From sequence record NZ_CP024444.1: a stretch of DNA of 64,000 bases; one strand, written 5' to 3'. Below, one piece after another: positions 17,888 to 28,160 of this stretch. The stretch's first letter is position 1. Each line of letters starts with the position of its first letter. This DNA comes from a plasmid. The notes beneath the pieces were generated by a model, which saw only the letters and a list, made by a program, of their open reading frames with translations, was not told the origin of the DNA and ran no database searches. Position numbers and translations under genes: made by a program.

Positions 17888-20506
17888 ATGGCAAATAATA
17901 CTCCCCCGTCGTACCACAGTGAATTAAATGACCCTGCATACCTAGCATCGCTTGAAGATGAAGCATCGATGATGCAAGATTATGAAATTGACGAGCAGGA
18001 CCTTGATTTTCCTGTTAATCAGCAACCACAACAGCCCACCACTGACCCATTTGCGCAGCCCACGCCCCAACCCGTGCCACAGCGCAGTAATGACCCCATG
18101 CAGTCTTTTTTAAATGGGGAACCATCACAACGCCTTGCGCCACCGCCCCCCAAAGATTTAAACAGTCTATTAAATAATCTTTTAGTTAGAGAATCTTCAC
18201 AAAACATGCCTGTGGTGGCACCACCGACTAATCTCGCTAATCAGTCTAATACACAGCCTAATGCCAGTTTAAATGTCAATGGTGAAATGGGTCAGGCACT
18301 TCAAGCCCAGCCTCTCTCAATTGAACGCTCGGACTTTTTAGATAAAGCTAATTTGCTGCAGCTCACCGATAATGAGCCTGCTTATTATGATGCGCTCATT
18401 AAATCCGTCCCTCTAAGCGATTTGCCGCCGAGTAATGAAATTGTCGATGCCATTGAGCGCAGTATGGTGTGCTACACGGAAGATGACCATAAAATAATGG
18501 TCAAGTCGCAGTTAAATAGCAATAATACCCGTATTCAAGCGTTCGGTAAAAAAATTAAAGATGAAAATATTCAAGTAGACACGCCTGAATACTATGAAGC
18601 GATGGCGCAAATGCTTGAATTTGACGACTTGCCTGAACACCCTGTTGCGTTGTATAGGTTTTCAATGGCCTACCAACAACAGCATTCGCCAAACCAAACA
18701 TTGGCTAATTGGCAACCCAATCCAGCGTTAGCCTCACTCAATCCAAAATTTGCTCAAAGCTTGCAAAATTCAGCGATTACTGTGCTGCCAAACCCACCAT
18801 TGCCTAACAACTCAACAACACCCACCCAAATAACCCCGACTAGCAACAAGCCATCGTTGTCGTCGCTGTTAAATAATTTGCACAGCCAACAAAAACAAAC
18901 GCAAACCATGGCTAATGCAGCTGCCACTAATACCACGCAAACTGCACCAGCAGCAACGACACAATCAACCACCACGCCAGCGCAAATTAATGCAAATACT
19001 GCCAACCCAACAACCCCATCGGCTAACCCAGCACCAACACAACCACAAACACCAACTTTTGCGCAACCAACACCTATTGGAAAAACAACAACCACGATAA
19101 ATCCTACGGTACCTTCAAATGCACAAGCCAATGCCACAACGCCTGCGACGCCTACAACGGCTCAAAGTAATTCAGCACAAGCTAAACAAGCACCTAATCA
19201 ACAAAATCAGCAAACCAACCCGAGTAATCAACAACAGATGCCACAAGGCAATCAAACCACCTACGCTTCACCTGTTCCCCCGAATGGTGGCGTAGTCCGT
19301 GGTCCAAGTGGAACCCCATCTAATATCCCAAGTGGCGCAGATGCCTTTGTGACTGGGGCTGGCATGCTAGGCGGTGCCGCTTTTTCAGCATCCGCTACCA
19401 TTTTGCGTGGCGGTGACAAGGTATTACAGATAAGCGGTAGCGTGATAACTCGTGCCGCCTCATTTTTGGCTGGCAAGGCATCTGAAAAATTATCGCAACC
19501 AGCGGCTAATCTGCCCGGCATGGCACCAACCACGCCCAACCAACAAAATCAGCCACAGCAAGCACCCGTTAACCAAAATTTACAGCAAGCACCTGTTAGC
19601 CAACCACTTAATACAAATGGTACACCTTGGTCAACGCCACCGACGACGGTGCCTAACCCAAATGTTCGCCCTACACCTATGCCACTGTCACCTTTTGCCA
19701 AGCCAGCACCGATCGGTAGCACGACGACATTCTCACCCTACAACCAACCAACTGCGCCAACACCAAGGGTTATTCAGTTAAACCCCTTAACACCACCCGT
19801 GTCAGCGCAGATCAGCCCATCGATGTCGTTCTCGCCAGTCAAGCAAAGCTCGCCATTGGCTTTACCGTCCTCAAATCCATTATCACCACCGCCAACGATA
19901 CCGCCAGTGGTTAACCAAACCTTTAGCCCATATCCCGGCAATGGTCTTCTTGCCTTGCCTGCACCGAAGCCATCCCCAGCACCTATACCAATGCAAAATG
20001 GCTTTGGCAGTAATGATGCGCAATACCAACAACAGGCGGCTGGCTTGGGCAGACTTCGCGGTTCTGCGTTTACTGCATCAATGAACCATGCCGATGAATT
20101 TATCCGCATCAGTAAAGAGCTTGATGACCCTAAAAACAGCTTTTCGGGTAAAGATTTAGCAGACCGCAAAAAAGCTATGTCGACGCATTTGGACAATTAT
20201 TTGCAATATTCCAAAGGCTACTTAGATGACCCGAAAGTAAATCCTAAAAATGCGAACGCCTATGAAGAGCCTACCAATGCCCTGCAAAAAAAACACAGTG
20301 AAGTTGAAGATGCGGTTAATAAAATGGCTAAAAAAGGCCATCTTGATCCAAACACGAAAGATGCCGACGGCAAAACCCTAGAAGAGAAAATGAAGGCATT
20401 GGGCGAGCGTGTTAAAGCAATGGTAGAAAAAATTGCCAACGTGGTGAAATCGGTTGCTAATACGCTTTCAAACACATTCTCGAATTCTTCCTCCCCTAAC
20501 CCTTAG
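17888..20506 (+). CDS. hypothetical protein (about 872 aa) with a long Pro/Thr/Gln/Asn-rich low-complexity middle and a helical K/E-rich C-terminal domain
   Basis: ORF 17870..20506. The likelier start is ATG 17888, preceded by AAAGAGAA. Contains PTTP/QPQ-type repeats, one hydrophobic Gly/Ala-rich segment (GADAFVTGAGMLGGAAFSASATIL) and a C-terminal domain of about 180 aa. Confidence 0.55.
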   Translation: MANNTPPSYHSELNDPAYLASLEDEASMMQDYEIDEQDLDFPVNQQPQQPTTDPFAQPTPQPVPQRSNDPMQSFLNGEPSQRLAPPPPKDLNSLLNNLLVRESSQNMPVVAPPTNLANQSNTQPNASLNVNGEMGQALQAQPLSIERSDFLDKANLLQLTDNEPAYYDALIKSVPLSDLPPSNEIVDAIERSMVCYTEDDHKIMVKSQLNSNNTRIQAFGKKIKDENIQVDTPEYYEAMAQMLEFDDLPEHPVALYRFSMAYQQQHSPNQTLANWQPNPALASLNPKFAQSLQNSAITVLPNPPLPNNSTTPTQITPTSNKPSLSSLLNNLHSQQKQTQTMANAAATNTTQTAPAATTQSTTTPAQINANTANPTTPSANPAPTQPQTPTFAQPTPIGKTTTTINPTVPSNAQANATTPATPTTAQSNSAQAKQAPNQQNQQTNPSNQQQMPQGNQTTYASPVPPNGGVVRGPSGTPSNIPSGADAFVTGAGMLGGAAFSASATILRGGDKVLQISGSVITRAASFLAGKASEKLSQPAANLPGMAPTTPNQQNQPQQAPVNQNLQQAPVSQPLNTNGTPWSTPPTTVPNPNVRPTPMPLSPFAKPAPIGSTTTFSPYNQPTAPTPRVIQLNPLTPPVSAQISPSMSFSPVKQSSPLALPSSNPLSPPPTIPPVVNQTFSPYPGNGLLALPAPKPSPAPIPMQNGFGSNDAQYQQQAAGLGRLRGSAFTASMNHADEFIRISKELDDPKNSFSGKDLADRKKAMSTHLDNYLQYSKGYLDDPKVNPKNANAYEEPTNALQKKHSEVEDAVNKMAKKGHLDPNTKDADGKTLEEKMKALGERVKAMVEKIANVVKSVANTLSNTFSNSSSPNP

Positions 20507-20584
20507 TGTGCTGTAAATCTGTTTTACCAACGACTAGCCTATCGTCGATAGGCTCATTAATTATTAGCGAATTAGGACCCAACC

Positions 20585-22081
20585 ATGACTAAATTTAACT
20601 TTGATGACCCAATTGCTGAAGATCGTAAACTCGCTGAAGAGGCGAAAGACTACCCAAAACTATCTACCCTACAATTTGAAAACTTTAGATACGCAAACCC
20701 TGAACAGGTACTAAACCACATTGATATCTTGTTCGCTGATGAGGCGATAGTTAATCGTCAGTACAACGATAATAACATCAGTATTTTTGTTAATCGTCGT
20801 GAAGAGCAAGTAATTAGAGAACCTATCCCCGAAAAGGAAATGGATGCACTGGTAAACGGTGTTGATTACTTGTTAACCCGTGGTTATGAACCCAATGATA
20901 TTTTAAAAGAAGTGCGTTTTTACCACGAGCAGGGTGATAATAAATTATCTATTCATAGCCAATTAGCACAATATGCGTTAGACAATCAGCACGGTAAACT
21001 TGCCCATACTCTTATAATGGCATCACATGGACAGCCTGAAAACCCGGCCAATAAACAGCAAGACAATATTGCAGATTTATCCCTATTAGCTGCTAGAAAT
21101 GCCAATGAACAAGAAATCAAGCAATTACTTGAAGGGGGCAAAATTGGCTTTTTAACTGCTGTCAACCAAGTGGTTAACCGTAACCACGACAATGATGACA
21201 AAACCAAAGCCAAAATCGTAGTTGCCGCCTTGCAAGCTGATCTTGATGACCCGTACAAAAGTTTGCGCAATTTACACAAGGCTTATAGATTTAATACGGG
21301 TGAAACCACTTATGAAGCACCGCAAAACAAGGCCTTATTCGACTTTGCAATAGAAAGCACCACCGAGCAAATTATTAATAATGCTTATAGCCACTTGGTT
21401 TCCAATAAACTGAATTATTTTGACAAACAAGAATCGCTTGAAGATGACGCACAATTCAAGCGTCTAAATACGACAGTTGAAGAAATTCAGCATTTTCGCA
21501 TGAATACCAAGTTGGATTTACATATCGACGATGCTCGCTTAGGTGTTAGATACGATATGTCGTTTGAGAATGTGGCAACACATTTACCACAAATGGTAGA
21601 ACAAAACGAAAAAAGCTTGTCCGAACAATTTTCTGTTTCGGTGTCAATTGGGGCAAGCTTTAGCTCAAAAGTTCAACAGTTTGATATCAATGAGCTAAAT
21701 ACCAAAAAAATCGAAGAAATGGGCATCGACAACCCAACAATTACCTTTCACAATGATTTGAATTTATCATTTCAGGTGAGTAAGTTAAATATCTTTATGG
21801 AAGTCAGTCAAGACAAGCTTGAAGCTTTCACCGAAGTCAAAGAAGTATTATCCGAAACACCTTGGTATCAAGCCCTAAAATCGCTCAATCGGTTTGATCC
21901 TCAATCTGAGTCGCCTCATAAAACTGTACCAACCAATGAACGTTTCATAGATTTTACGATGGCGATGCATTCTATGAGTGAAAATCGTGTTTACGACAAC
22001 AAAAACAAACCCGAAGTGGCTCATAACGAACCGACACCGCCTAGTAATGAAGCAGATAATGATTTTGGTTATGCACCTTAA
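20585..22081 (+). CDS. hypothetical protein (498 aa)
   Basis: ORF with RBS AGGA. No recognisable domain. A weak hairpin follows the stop (22095-22122). Confidence 0.55.
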   Translation: MTKFNFDDPIAEDRKLAEEAKDYPKLSTLQFENFRYANPEQVLNHIDILFADEAIVNRQYNDNNISIFVNRREEQVIREPIPEKEMDALVNGVDYLLTRGYEPNDILKEVRFYHEQGDNKLSIHSQLAQYALDNQHGKLAHTLIMASHGQPENPANKQQDNIADLSLLAARNANEQEIKQLLEGGKIGFLTAVNQVVNRNHDNDDKTKAKIVVAALQADLDDPYKSLRNLHKAYRFNTGETTYEAPQNKALFDFAIESTTEQIINNAYSHLVSNKLNYFDKQESLEDDAQFKRLNTTVEEIQHFRMNTKLDLHIDDARLGVRYDMSFENVATHLPQMVEQNEKSLSEQFSVSVSIGASFSSKVQQFDINELNTKKIEEMGIDNPTITFHNDLNLSFQVSKLNIFMEVSQDKLEAFTEVKEVLSETPWYQALKSLNRFDPQSESPHKTVPTNERFIDFTMAMHSMSENRVYDNKNKPEVAHNEPTPPSNEADNDFGYAP

Positions 22082-22190
22082 TGTCATTCACCACGCCAGC
22101 AGTCTGAACAAGACTGCTTGGCACAACCATTTATCCATTTTTTTAACAAGTATGCATAAAATCTAAATCTAATATCCCTTAAGAGGCTAT

Positions 22191-22853
22191 ATGTTAACAA
22201 CGTCTATTAACCCCACCGAACCATCAAGTAATGCTATGCACTTGTCAACAGCCAATCATGATGGCTTAGATAGCAACGATACCCAGCTAGACCGATTAAG
22301 CCTATACCCCATCAATTTTGAGCCTCACCTACTATCTAAGCTTTTTGCCTCTATTGAAAATCAGCCTGTTCCTGTGATTGGTGATACATTTACGGTAAAG
22401 CGCGTAGAAAGCTTTATTGCTAAATACCCACAATTATGTCAGTACCATATCCAAGCATTAACCAAAAACAGCACCAATCGCCTACTGGTAAATTATAACC
22501 AACCTTTTATTCAGCAGCACGGCATTGATGATGCCAACCAGCTAATTAGCGCATTGTTTGGTAGCTTATATTTTCCAGCAACCGATGAACAAGCCTTTAA
22601 AGCTTATATTCAAGATTTCTACTATAGTTTAGACTTGCTGCCCTTTGATGTGGCGTTATATTTGTTTGTAACTTGGTTTAATTACCATAAAACCAATGAA
22701 TTATATTCACAAAACTTTTTAATGATGCTTTATGAATCAGGCAATATTCATATTGCCCGTATCACAGTAAACATCATAGCTGTATGCCGATTATTTTTAG
22801 TAAACAGTATTAAAAATACGCAACATAATGATATACTAGAAAAAGTGTTTTAA
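22191..22853 (+). CDS. hypothetical protein (220 aa)
   Basis: ORF with a strong RBS AAGAGG. No recognisable domain. Confidence 0.5.
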   Translation: MLTTSINPTEPSSNAMHLSTANHDGLDSNDTQLDRLSLYPINFEPHLLSKLFASIENQPVPVIGDTFTVKRVESFIAKYPQLCQYHIQALTKNSTNRLLVNYNQPFIQQHGIDDANQLISALFGSLYFPATDEQAFKAYIQDFYYSLDLLPFDVALYLFVTWFNYHKTNELYSQNFLMMLYESGNIHIARITVNIIAVCRLFLVNSIKNTQHNDILEKVF

Positions 22854-22968
22854 TATCGTTAATTGTATTGCACAACTGTCACTAGCAATAGTAAATTATA
22901 AGATAATTGGCTCAACATGCGCCTAGCGGTATTTTAAAAACCATTTAGTTATAGCGAACGAGGAACCT

Positions 22969-24399
22969 ATGAGTAACCATGCTCTAAAGCGCAGACCTTT
23001 GACAACTGCCGTTAAGCAAAATCGCCAAGTATGGCGACAACCAAGCACTTATGCCGCTTTAGTAGTAGGTGGTGCTATTAGCGCATCTATCCCAGTTTTC
23101 GCAGCATCCGCAAGCGGCAGTGGCACAACATTATCGCCTAACAACACAGCAACGACGACGTTTCAACAAACCATGACGTCACCAGCAGCTACCAATACAT
23201 CCACGCCAGCCACATCAACGATTACCACATCAGGCAGTACCTCGCCAGCCTCGTCCGTTACCAGTGACGTAAAAGCCGCTGCTTTGGAATGTGGCGATAC
23301 GAAAAACCCACAAGGTTTAGCTGCAGCCCAACAAGCCGTACTCAACCAAGCTGTGCAAGACGCGGTTGTCACACCAAAAACCGATGAAATCTTCAATCCA
23401 CAACAAAGTGGCAATGCGGCAACCCAAGGTTGTTTTACCGCCAGTTCGCAAATTATCAATTTAGCAACCTTAATTCCAACGGTACCAAGTATCAGCTGGG
23501 GTAATATTGCTACCATGGTACAAAATGTGGTTAATCAACAAATCCAAAAAGTTCAAGAGCAAATGATTAACCGTGGCTGTCAAATTGCTGACCAAGCTAT
23601 TTTAAATGCAGTCAAGCCATTAAATGCTTACATCACACAAATTCAAAACGTGAATGGCATGTTAAATAATTCTGAAGCGTTAATTGGTAGTTATTTATCT
23701 CAACAAGCGTCCGACCAAATTGGTAAAATCGATTTAAGCTTTAATGGTGTGCTTGATAACTTACAAAGCAGTGTTGACAGTAATGTCAGTAACGCGACAT
23801 CAACCTATGGCAATATCACGGGTGTTGAGAAAATCACCCAAGCAGTATCACAATACAGCACCAACGGCTTGATGACCAATGCCCAAGATGCCAATGTATC
23901 AGCGCAAAATCTTCAATTGCAACAAGCCCAAGCTTATTTAAACCAAGTTATTGCTAATAAGCCGCCACAAGTAGGAACCACATTCGGTGATTCAGGTTTA
24001 ACCTATTGTAAATACTTAGTGCCTAATCAGTGTACGCCAATCACGCCATCTGAATACAGCGAAATACAACAACAAGCAAATGATTATAGAACTCGCTTAC
24101 AAACGGCTAATCAGTGGGTACAACGCGCTCAAACAGGCGTTACTACCGCAACCACTGTACCATCAACTGGCACATCCACAGGCACGATGACCGCAAACCC
24201 AGCTATTACTTCACAGTCAACAACCAACAATACAACGACAGGTCAAACCGCCCAAGACGTATTAAAACAAATGCAGGCACAAAATAGCACGAATAGTACA
24301 GCTAATCAGCCTGCGCAGAATGCGAATGATAATAGCTCAAACTCACAATCAAATATTGGTTCTACGATTGCTAATTCGATTTCCAGTTTGTTTAAATAA
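22969..24399 (+). CDS. secreted Thr/Ser/Gln/Asn-rich hypothetical protein (476 aa)
   Basis: Basic N-terminus followed by a hydrophobic stretch ending AASASG (type I signal peptide). The mature part is polar, low-complexity and T/S/Q/N-rich. RBS GAGGA. Confidence 0.55.
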   Translation: MSNHALKRRPLTTAVKQNRQVWRQPSTYAALVVGGAISASIPVFAASASGSGTTLSPNNTATTTFQQTMTSPAATNTSTPATSTITTSGSTSPASSVTSDVKAAALECGDTKNPQGLAAAQQAVLNQAVQDAVVTPKTDEIFNPQQSGNAATQGCFTASSQIINLATLIPTVPSISWGNIATMVQNVVNQQIQKVQEQMINRGCQIADQAILNAVKPLNAYITQIQNVNGMLNNSEALIGSYLSQQASDQIGKIDLSFNGVLDNLQSSVDSNVSNATSTYGNITGVEKITQAVSQYSTNGLMTNAQDANVSAQNLQLQQAQAYLNQVIANKPPQVGTTFGDSGLTYCKYLVPNQCTPITPSEYSEIQQQANDYRTRLQTANQWVQRAQTGVTTATTVPSTGTSTGTMTANPAITSQSTTNNTTTGQTAQDVLKQMQAQNSTNSTANQPAQNANDNSSNSQSNIGSTIANSISSLFK

Positions 24400-24410
24400 A
24401 GTGAGGGGCT

Positions 24411-25424
24411 ATGAGCAGGGCGTTGACAATTCAGCCGCCAAAACGCGATTTAACTCAATCACGTAACGGCAAGCGTAAATCAAAGACCGCAACGTATATC
24501 ACGTCTGCGGTTGTGGCTATTTCACTATCTTCTTCAATTGCATTAATGAGTCATAATGCAAAAGCTTTTTCATTTAGTGATATCACCCAGCTTTTAGGTG
24601 CAACAGGCAGTATCATCCAAAGCGATTATTTGGTATCGGCATTTAAAGCTAATACCGCCCAAACCGCCATGCATGCTGAACGTACTGGTAAAAGCATGTT
24701 GGATGCTGCCCAGTTAAAGGCTTTTTATACCTCAAATGCTCAAGCTGCCCTTAAAGTACGTGATGTGGTCGATGACCATACCATTGGTAAAGGCGTAACA
24801 AATTCAGCGAATTGTACCCAGCAAGCTGAACGCGTTCAAGTGCAAAACAAAGCAATTATGGCAACCAATAATAGCAATACGCAAATGACTGGCTTGGTGG
24901 GCGATTATGTAAAATCTGACGCCAGCCGATTAGCCTCTCGTTCTCGTGCGCATTTTATTGGTTTTTGTGATATTACTGAAGCAGCGCAAGGTTCCTGTAT
25001 TCCACTGCCACATGGCTTAGGTGGTGCAGACTCTAACTACTCTTTATATACCTCAAACCCACTATTGAGCGACGACACTGAAGTTGCCGCCCAAAACTTT
25101 GTGACCACAATTATTGACCCGTCGCGTTCGTCGTTTGACACCTGTACAACACTAAGCTGTCAAGCACTGGTCGATACCGAGAGCCGTTATGGTGCAATCG
25201 CCAGTGTTATTCAAAACTCACTGTTAGCACAAATCAATGATCGACGTGTCTTAATGCCGGAAGGTAGTGGTTCAAGCTCAAGTAGCAGTGCTTCAAGTGC
25301 CGCATCATCAACTAGCACAGCCAGCAGCACCACCACTGCGCCAAAAACCACAGCAACCACTAATGCGCCATCAAGTACCGCGGTGCCAGCCAGCACTGGC
25401 AAAACCACCAATGGCAGTCATTAG
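24411..25424 (+). CDS. exported hypothetical protein (337 aa) with an N-terminal TM/signal anchor, several Cys residues and a Ser/Thr-rich C-terminal tail
   Basis: Starts 12 bp after the preceding stop, with RBS GAGGGG. Hydrophobic segment TATYITSAVVAISLSSSIALMS. Six Cys residues in the extracytoplasmic part. Tail SSSSSSASSAASSTSTASSTTTAP. Confidence 0.55.
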   Translation: MSRALTIQPPKRDLTQSRNGKRKSKTATYITSAVVAISLSSSIALMSHNAKAFSFSDITQLLGATGSIIQSDYLVSAFKANTAQTAMHAERTGKSMLDAAQLKAFYTSNAQAALKVRDVVDDHTIGKGVTNSANCTQQAERVQVQNKAIMATNNSNTQMTGLVGDYVKSDASRLASRSRAHFIGFCDITEAAQGSCIPLPHGLGGADSNYSLYTSNPLLSDDTEVAAQNFVTTIIDPSRSSFDTCTTLSCQALVDTESRYGAIASVIQNSLLAQINDRRVLMPEGSGSSSSSSASSAASSTSTASSTTTAPKTTATTNAPSSTAVPASTGKTTNGSH

Positions 25425-25570
25425 TATTTATATTTTTGGTGTTAACCAGTATGTTAAGCGATTGAGTGCAACTTCATCGCTTTCCTAAAATAAGTAATTT
25501 TTAGTTTAGAAAAACCTTTAACATCCATTATCAAGTGAAAACTAGATAATAAAATATCTTAGGATGTATT

Positions 25571-26770
25571 ATGAAACTTAGCGAATTAAATAAACGGCTA
25601 AAGCTTGCTGTAAAGCAAAATAAAGCCTACACCACTCTTCTTGGCGCATCTGTAACCACACCCTTACTACTTGCGTTATATGGTTGGCACCCCGGGGTAA
25701 CGGTTAATGCTGTGACTTCGGGTTTGGTTGGTTTAAACTCCACCATTATTGCTCAAATCACCAAAATGTCATTTGGTTATCAAAAAGCCATTACTGACAA
25801 TACCACCATCTTAAATGAAGCAGTGAAGGTAGCGACCGCCCAAGAGTCGATTGCCACCACACAGATTGCCAAAGCAGATAAAAACGCTCGTCAATTATCA
25901 GTTGACTATAAAGCTGCTGTGCAAGCATCTAATGACATTATGGATGCCAAGTTAAAATTTGGTGGTCAAACAGGTCAAGGTTATAGCCCATGTTTGGTAT
26001 TGGCTAAAAATACCCAGCTCGACAAAGGGATGTCGGCAGCCAATGCCGAGGCGTTAGCTAAAGTTGATGAACTTGATAACGCACCGGGCGCGGTTGCTGA
26101 CAGTGCTTTAACCGCCCTACAAAGACGTGATGAACATCATAAAAACAACTTCTGTACGCCCGAGGAAAAAGAGGCTGGCAAGTGTTCAACAGTGTCATCA
26201 ATGCCTGGTTCAGACTCTAATGCGGCAACCCTATTTGTTTCATCAAAACCCGGCTCACTCATGAGTGAGGCTAAAATTGAAACACGTCAAAATATCTTAG
26301 GTTCACCCGTGTTATCACTACCAGCTGCAGGCGGACAATCGATCGCTGGACAAGCTTATCTTGCGGCAGTCAATCATAAAACCGCCCTATCCGCATTCCC
26401 AGCACTTACTTTAGCTAAATTAGATGCCATGAGCCAAGTGCGTGATGACCTAAAGGATGAAAAAGGCAATCCGCAGTCTGCCAATGACATGCTATTTAAC
26501 GCAGTTGGTCGCTATTATGGCGGTCCTGAAGCTGCAGAATGGAATAAATCAATGATCCAACAACAACCACGCGGTATGTTGGTTGAATTGGCAAAAATTG
26601 AAGGTTTGGGGGCATGGATGGACTATCACGAGTATGAAGACTATCAGTTGATGGCTGGCAATATCGCTGCCCTAACGCTAACCTCTGCCTTACCAATGGA
26701 AGAGTCACTACGTCGTCAGGCTCAACGTATGAACAACCGTAACGTAAATAATAACATCCCATTGAATTAA
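25571..26770 (+). CDS. exported hypothetical protein (399 aa), paralog of the next gene, with conserved Cys pairs
   Basis: N-terminal hydrophobic segment. Motifs GQGYSPCLVLAK ... NFCTPEEKEAGKCS ... ATLFVSSKPGS recur in the next ORF. Confidence 0.55.
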   Translation: MKLSELNKRLKLAVKQNKAYTTLLGASVTTPLLLALYGWHPGVTVNAVTSGLVGLNSTIIAQITKMSFGYQKAITDNTTILNEAVKVATAQESIATTQIAKADKNARQLSVDYKAAVQASNDIMDAKLKFGGQTGQGYSPCLVLAKNTQLDKGMSAANAEALAKVDELDNAPGAVADSALTALQRRDEHHKNNFCTPEEKEAGKCSTVSSMPGSDSNAATLFVSSKPGSLMSEAKIETRQNILGSPVLSLPAAGGQSIAGQAYLAAVNHKTALSAFPALTLAKLDAMSQVRDDLKDEKGNPQSANDMLFNAVGRYYGGPEAAEWNKSMIQQQPRGMLVELAKIEGLGAWMDYHEYEDYQLMAGNIAALTLTSALPMEESLRRQAQRMNNRNVNNNIPLN

Positions 26771-26801
26771 CACGCCAACTAAACGGCAGTTAAGGTGATT
26801 T

Positions 26802-28106
26802 ATGATTAATTTTTTAGCGAATAAGAAACAGATATTTAAACCGTTGGCGATTGTAATCGCCACCAGTTTATCAGCTGAAGCAATGGCGAGCTGTGTTATT
26901 GACTCGGTTCACCCTGCAACCGCATTTACAGGTGATTTTGCCCAATCGCAAGCGACCTTATCAGCTGCTTTAAACGCCATGGATTTGGGTGTTAATAAAG
27001 CCCTAGAGTTACAAACAGCGGTTGTTTCCACCGCCGTCAACACCCTGACTTCACAAAAAGCGGTTGGCACCGTACAGTTAAGTAAAGCCATTAAAGACAA
27101 TACCCAACTTGAGGCCACCGCTGAACAGCAAATTGCTCAAAATGAACGAGTGAAAAAAGCTTTGCGTGATTATGGTCCACGCGGTATGGGTTTTGAAGTC
27201 TGCAAAGTCTTGGCTGAACGCCAAAAAATCGCTCGTACATCCGCTTTGGTTGATAAGGATGTATTTCGATTGGTTAATAGCGAGGTAACAGCCGCACCGG
27301 GTCGATACGCATCATCATCAAATGCGCTAGGTGTTCGACTAGCGTTGCATAATAAATTATATTGTACCGACGGTCAGGCTAGAGGTAATTTATGTAGTGG
27401 CAATGCGCCACGCCCAGGCAACGACTTAAAAGCTGAAGCCCTATTTGTTCCAGCATTGCCGGGTAGTGCCGCTTATGATGATAAAGTCGCCTTTATTAAT
27501 AATATGGCTGGCTTGCCATTTGATCCAGTACCATCAACCCAAGTGGGCACTTTACAAGGGTTGACCTATTCAGATTTGGCGCGTCGTGTTTCAGCGATTA
27601 AATCAACTGCGTTAACCACCTTGAAAACCATTCAGTCAAAATACTCCATCCCTGCTGATGTAGAAAATGACAACAACCAAACCGCTGCGTCCGCACCCAA
27701 TAACTCACAAGGTAAGAACAGTACCACCACTGAAAAAACCATTTTAGCCAGTGGTACTACCGCGCCTGCCGCCCCAGCAAATCCAGCGCAAGATTTACCA
27801 CTTGCCTTACAAGTTAAAAAAGACGTTAATCGTTATCTAGGTAGCGGTCAAGAATATAAAGAGTGGTCGCAAACACTGGTTAGTCTTGAAGAAAAGGGCG
27901 TCCTAGCCGAAATCTTACGTGAAAAAGCATTGCGTCTGCATATTCAAGCAGAAGAGTACAAAACCCTTCAGCAAATGGAAGCGATGTTGGCTGCAGCTGC
28001 TAGTGCTGAAACCTATAACGTTGGTATGGATAACAAACTTGAACGTCAACGCCAACAAGTTGTAAATCGCAACATCCGCCGTGCTATTAACGGCAACTCG
28101 CAATAG
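26802..28106 (+). CDS. secreted hypothetical protein (434 aa), paralog of the 25571 gene
   Basis: Signal peptide (AIVIATSLSAEAMA). Motifs GMGFEVCKVLAE ... LYCTDGQARGNLCSG ... EALFVPALPGS parallel the preceding protein. RBS AAGGTG. Confidence 0.55.
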   Translation: MINFLANKKQIFKPLAIVIATSLSAEAMASCVIDSVHPATAFTGDFAQSQATLSAALNAMDLGVNKALELQTAVVSTAVNTLTSQKAVGTVQLSKAIKDNTQLEATAEQQIAQNERVKKALRDYGPRGMGFEVCKVLAERQKIARTSALVDKDVFRLVNSEVTAAPGRYASSSNALGVRLALHNKLYCTDGQARGNLCSGNAPRPGNDLKAEALFVPALPGSAAYDDKVAFINNMAGLPFDPVPSTQVGTLQGLTYSDLARRVSAIKSTALTTLKTIQSKYSIPADVENDNNQTAASAPNNSQGKNSTTTEKTILASGTTAPAAPANPAQDLPLALQVKKDVNRYLGSGQEYKEWSQTLVSLEEKGVLAEILREKALRLHIQAEEYKTLQQMEAMLAAAASAETYNVGMDNKLERQRQQVVNRNIRRAINGNSQ

Positions 28107-28115
28107 TTAGTTTTT

Positions 28116-28160
28116 AACACCAATAGTCTTCATGTTGGCTATTGGTGTTGTTATATATTT
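28116..28160 (+). terminator. stem-loop (11-bp stem AACACCAATAG/CTATTGGTGTT) followed by a T-rich tract; candidate terminator or attenuator between two sub-operons of the cluster
   Basis: Inverted repeat read directly, 10 bp after the stop of the 26802 gene. A 394-bp AT-rich non-coding gap follows. Confidence 0.4.

Noticed and set aside
18754-20196. Several antisense or alternative-frame ORFs (127 aa, 92 aa, 109 aa, 140 aa) within the Pro/Thr/Gln-rich gene
   Set aside because: They are generated by low-complexity repeats. They are Gly/Val/Ala-rich reverse translations of PTT/QPQ codons, with no independent signals.
22095-22122. Imperfect hairpin after the 498-aa gene as an intrinsic terminator
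   Set aside because: The stem has a bulge and the downstream T-tract is interrupted. It is mentioned in the evidence for that gene but not called as a feature.
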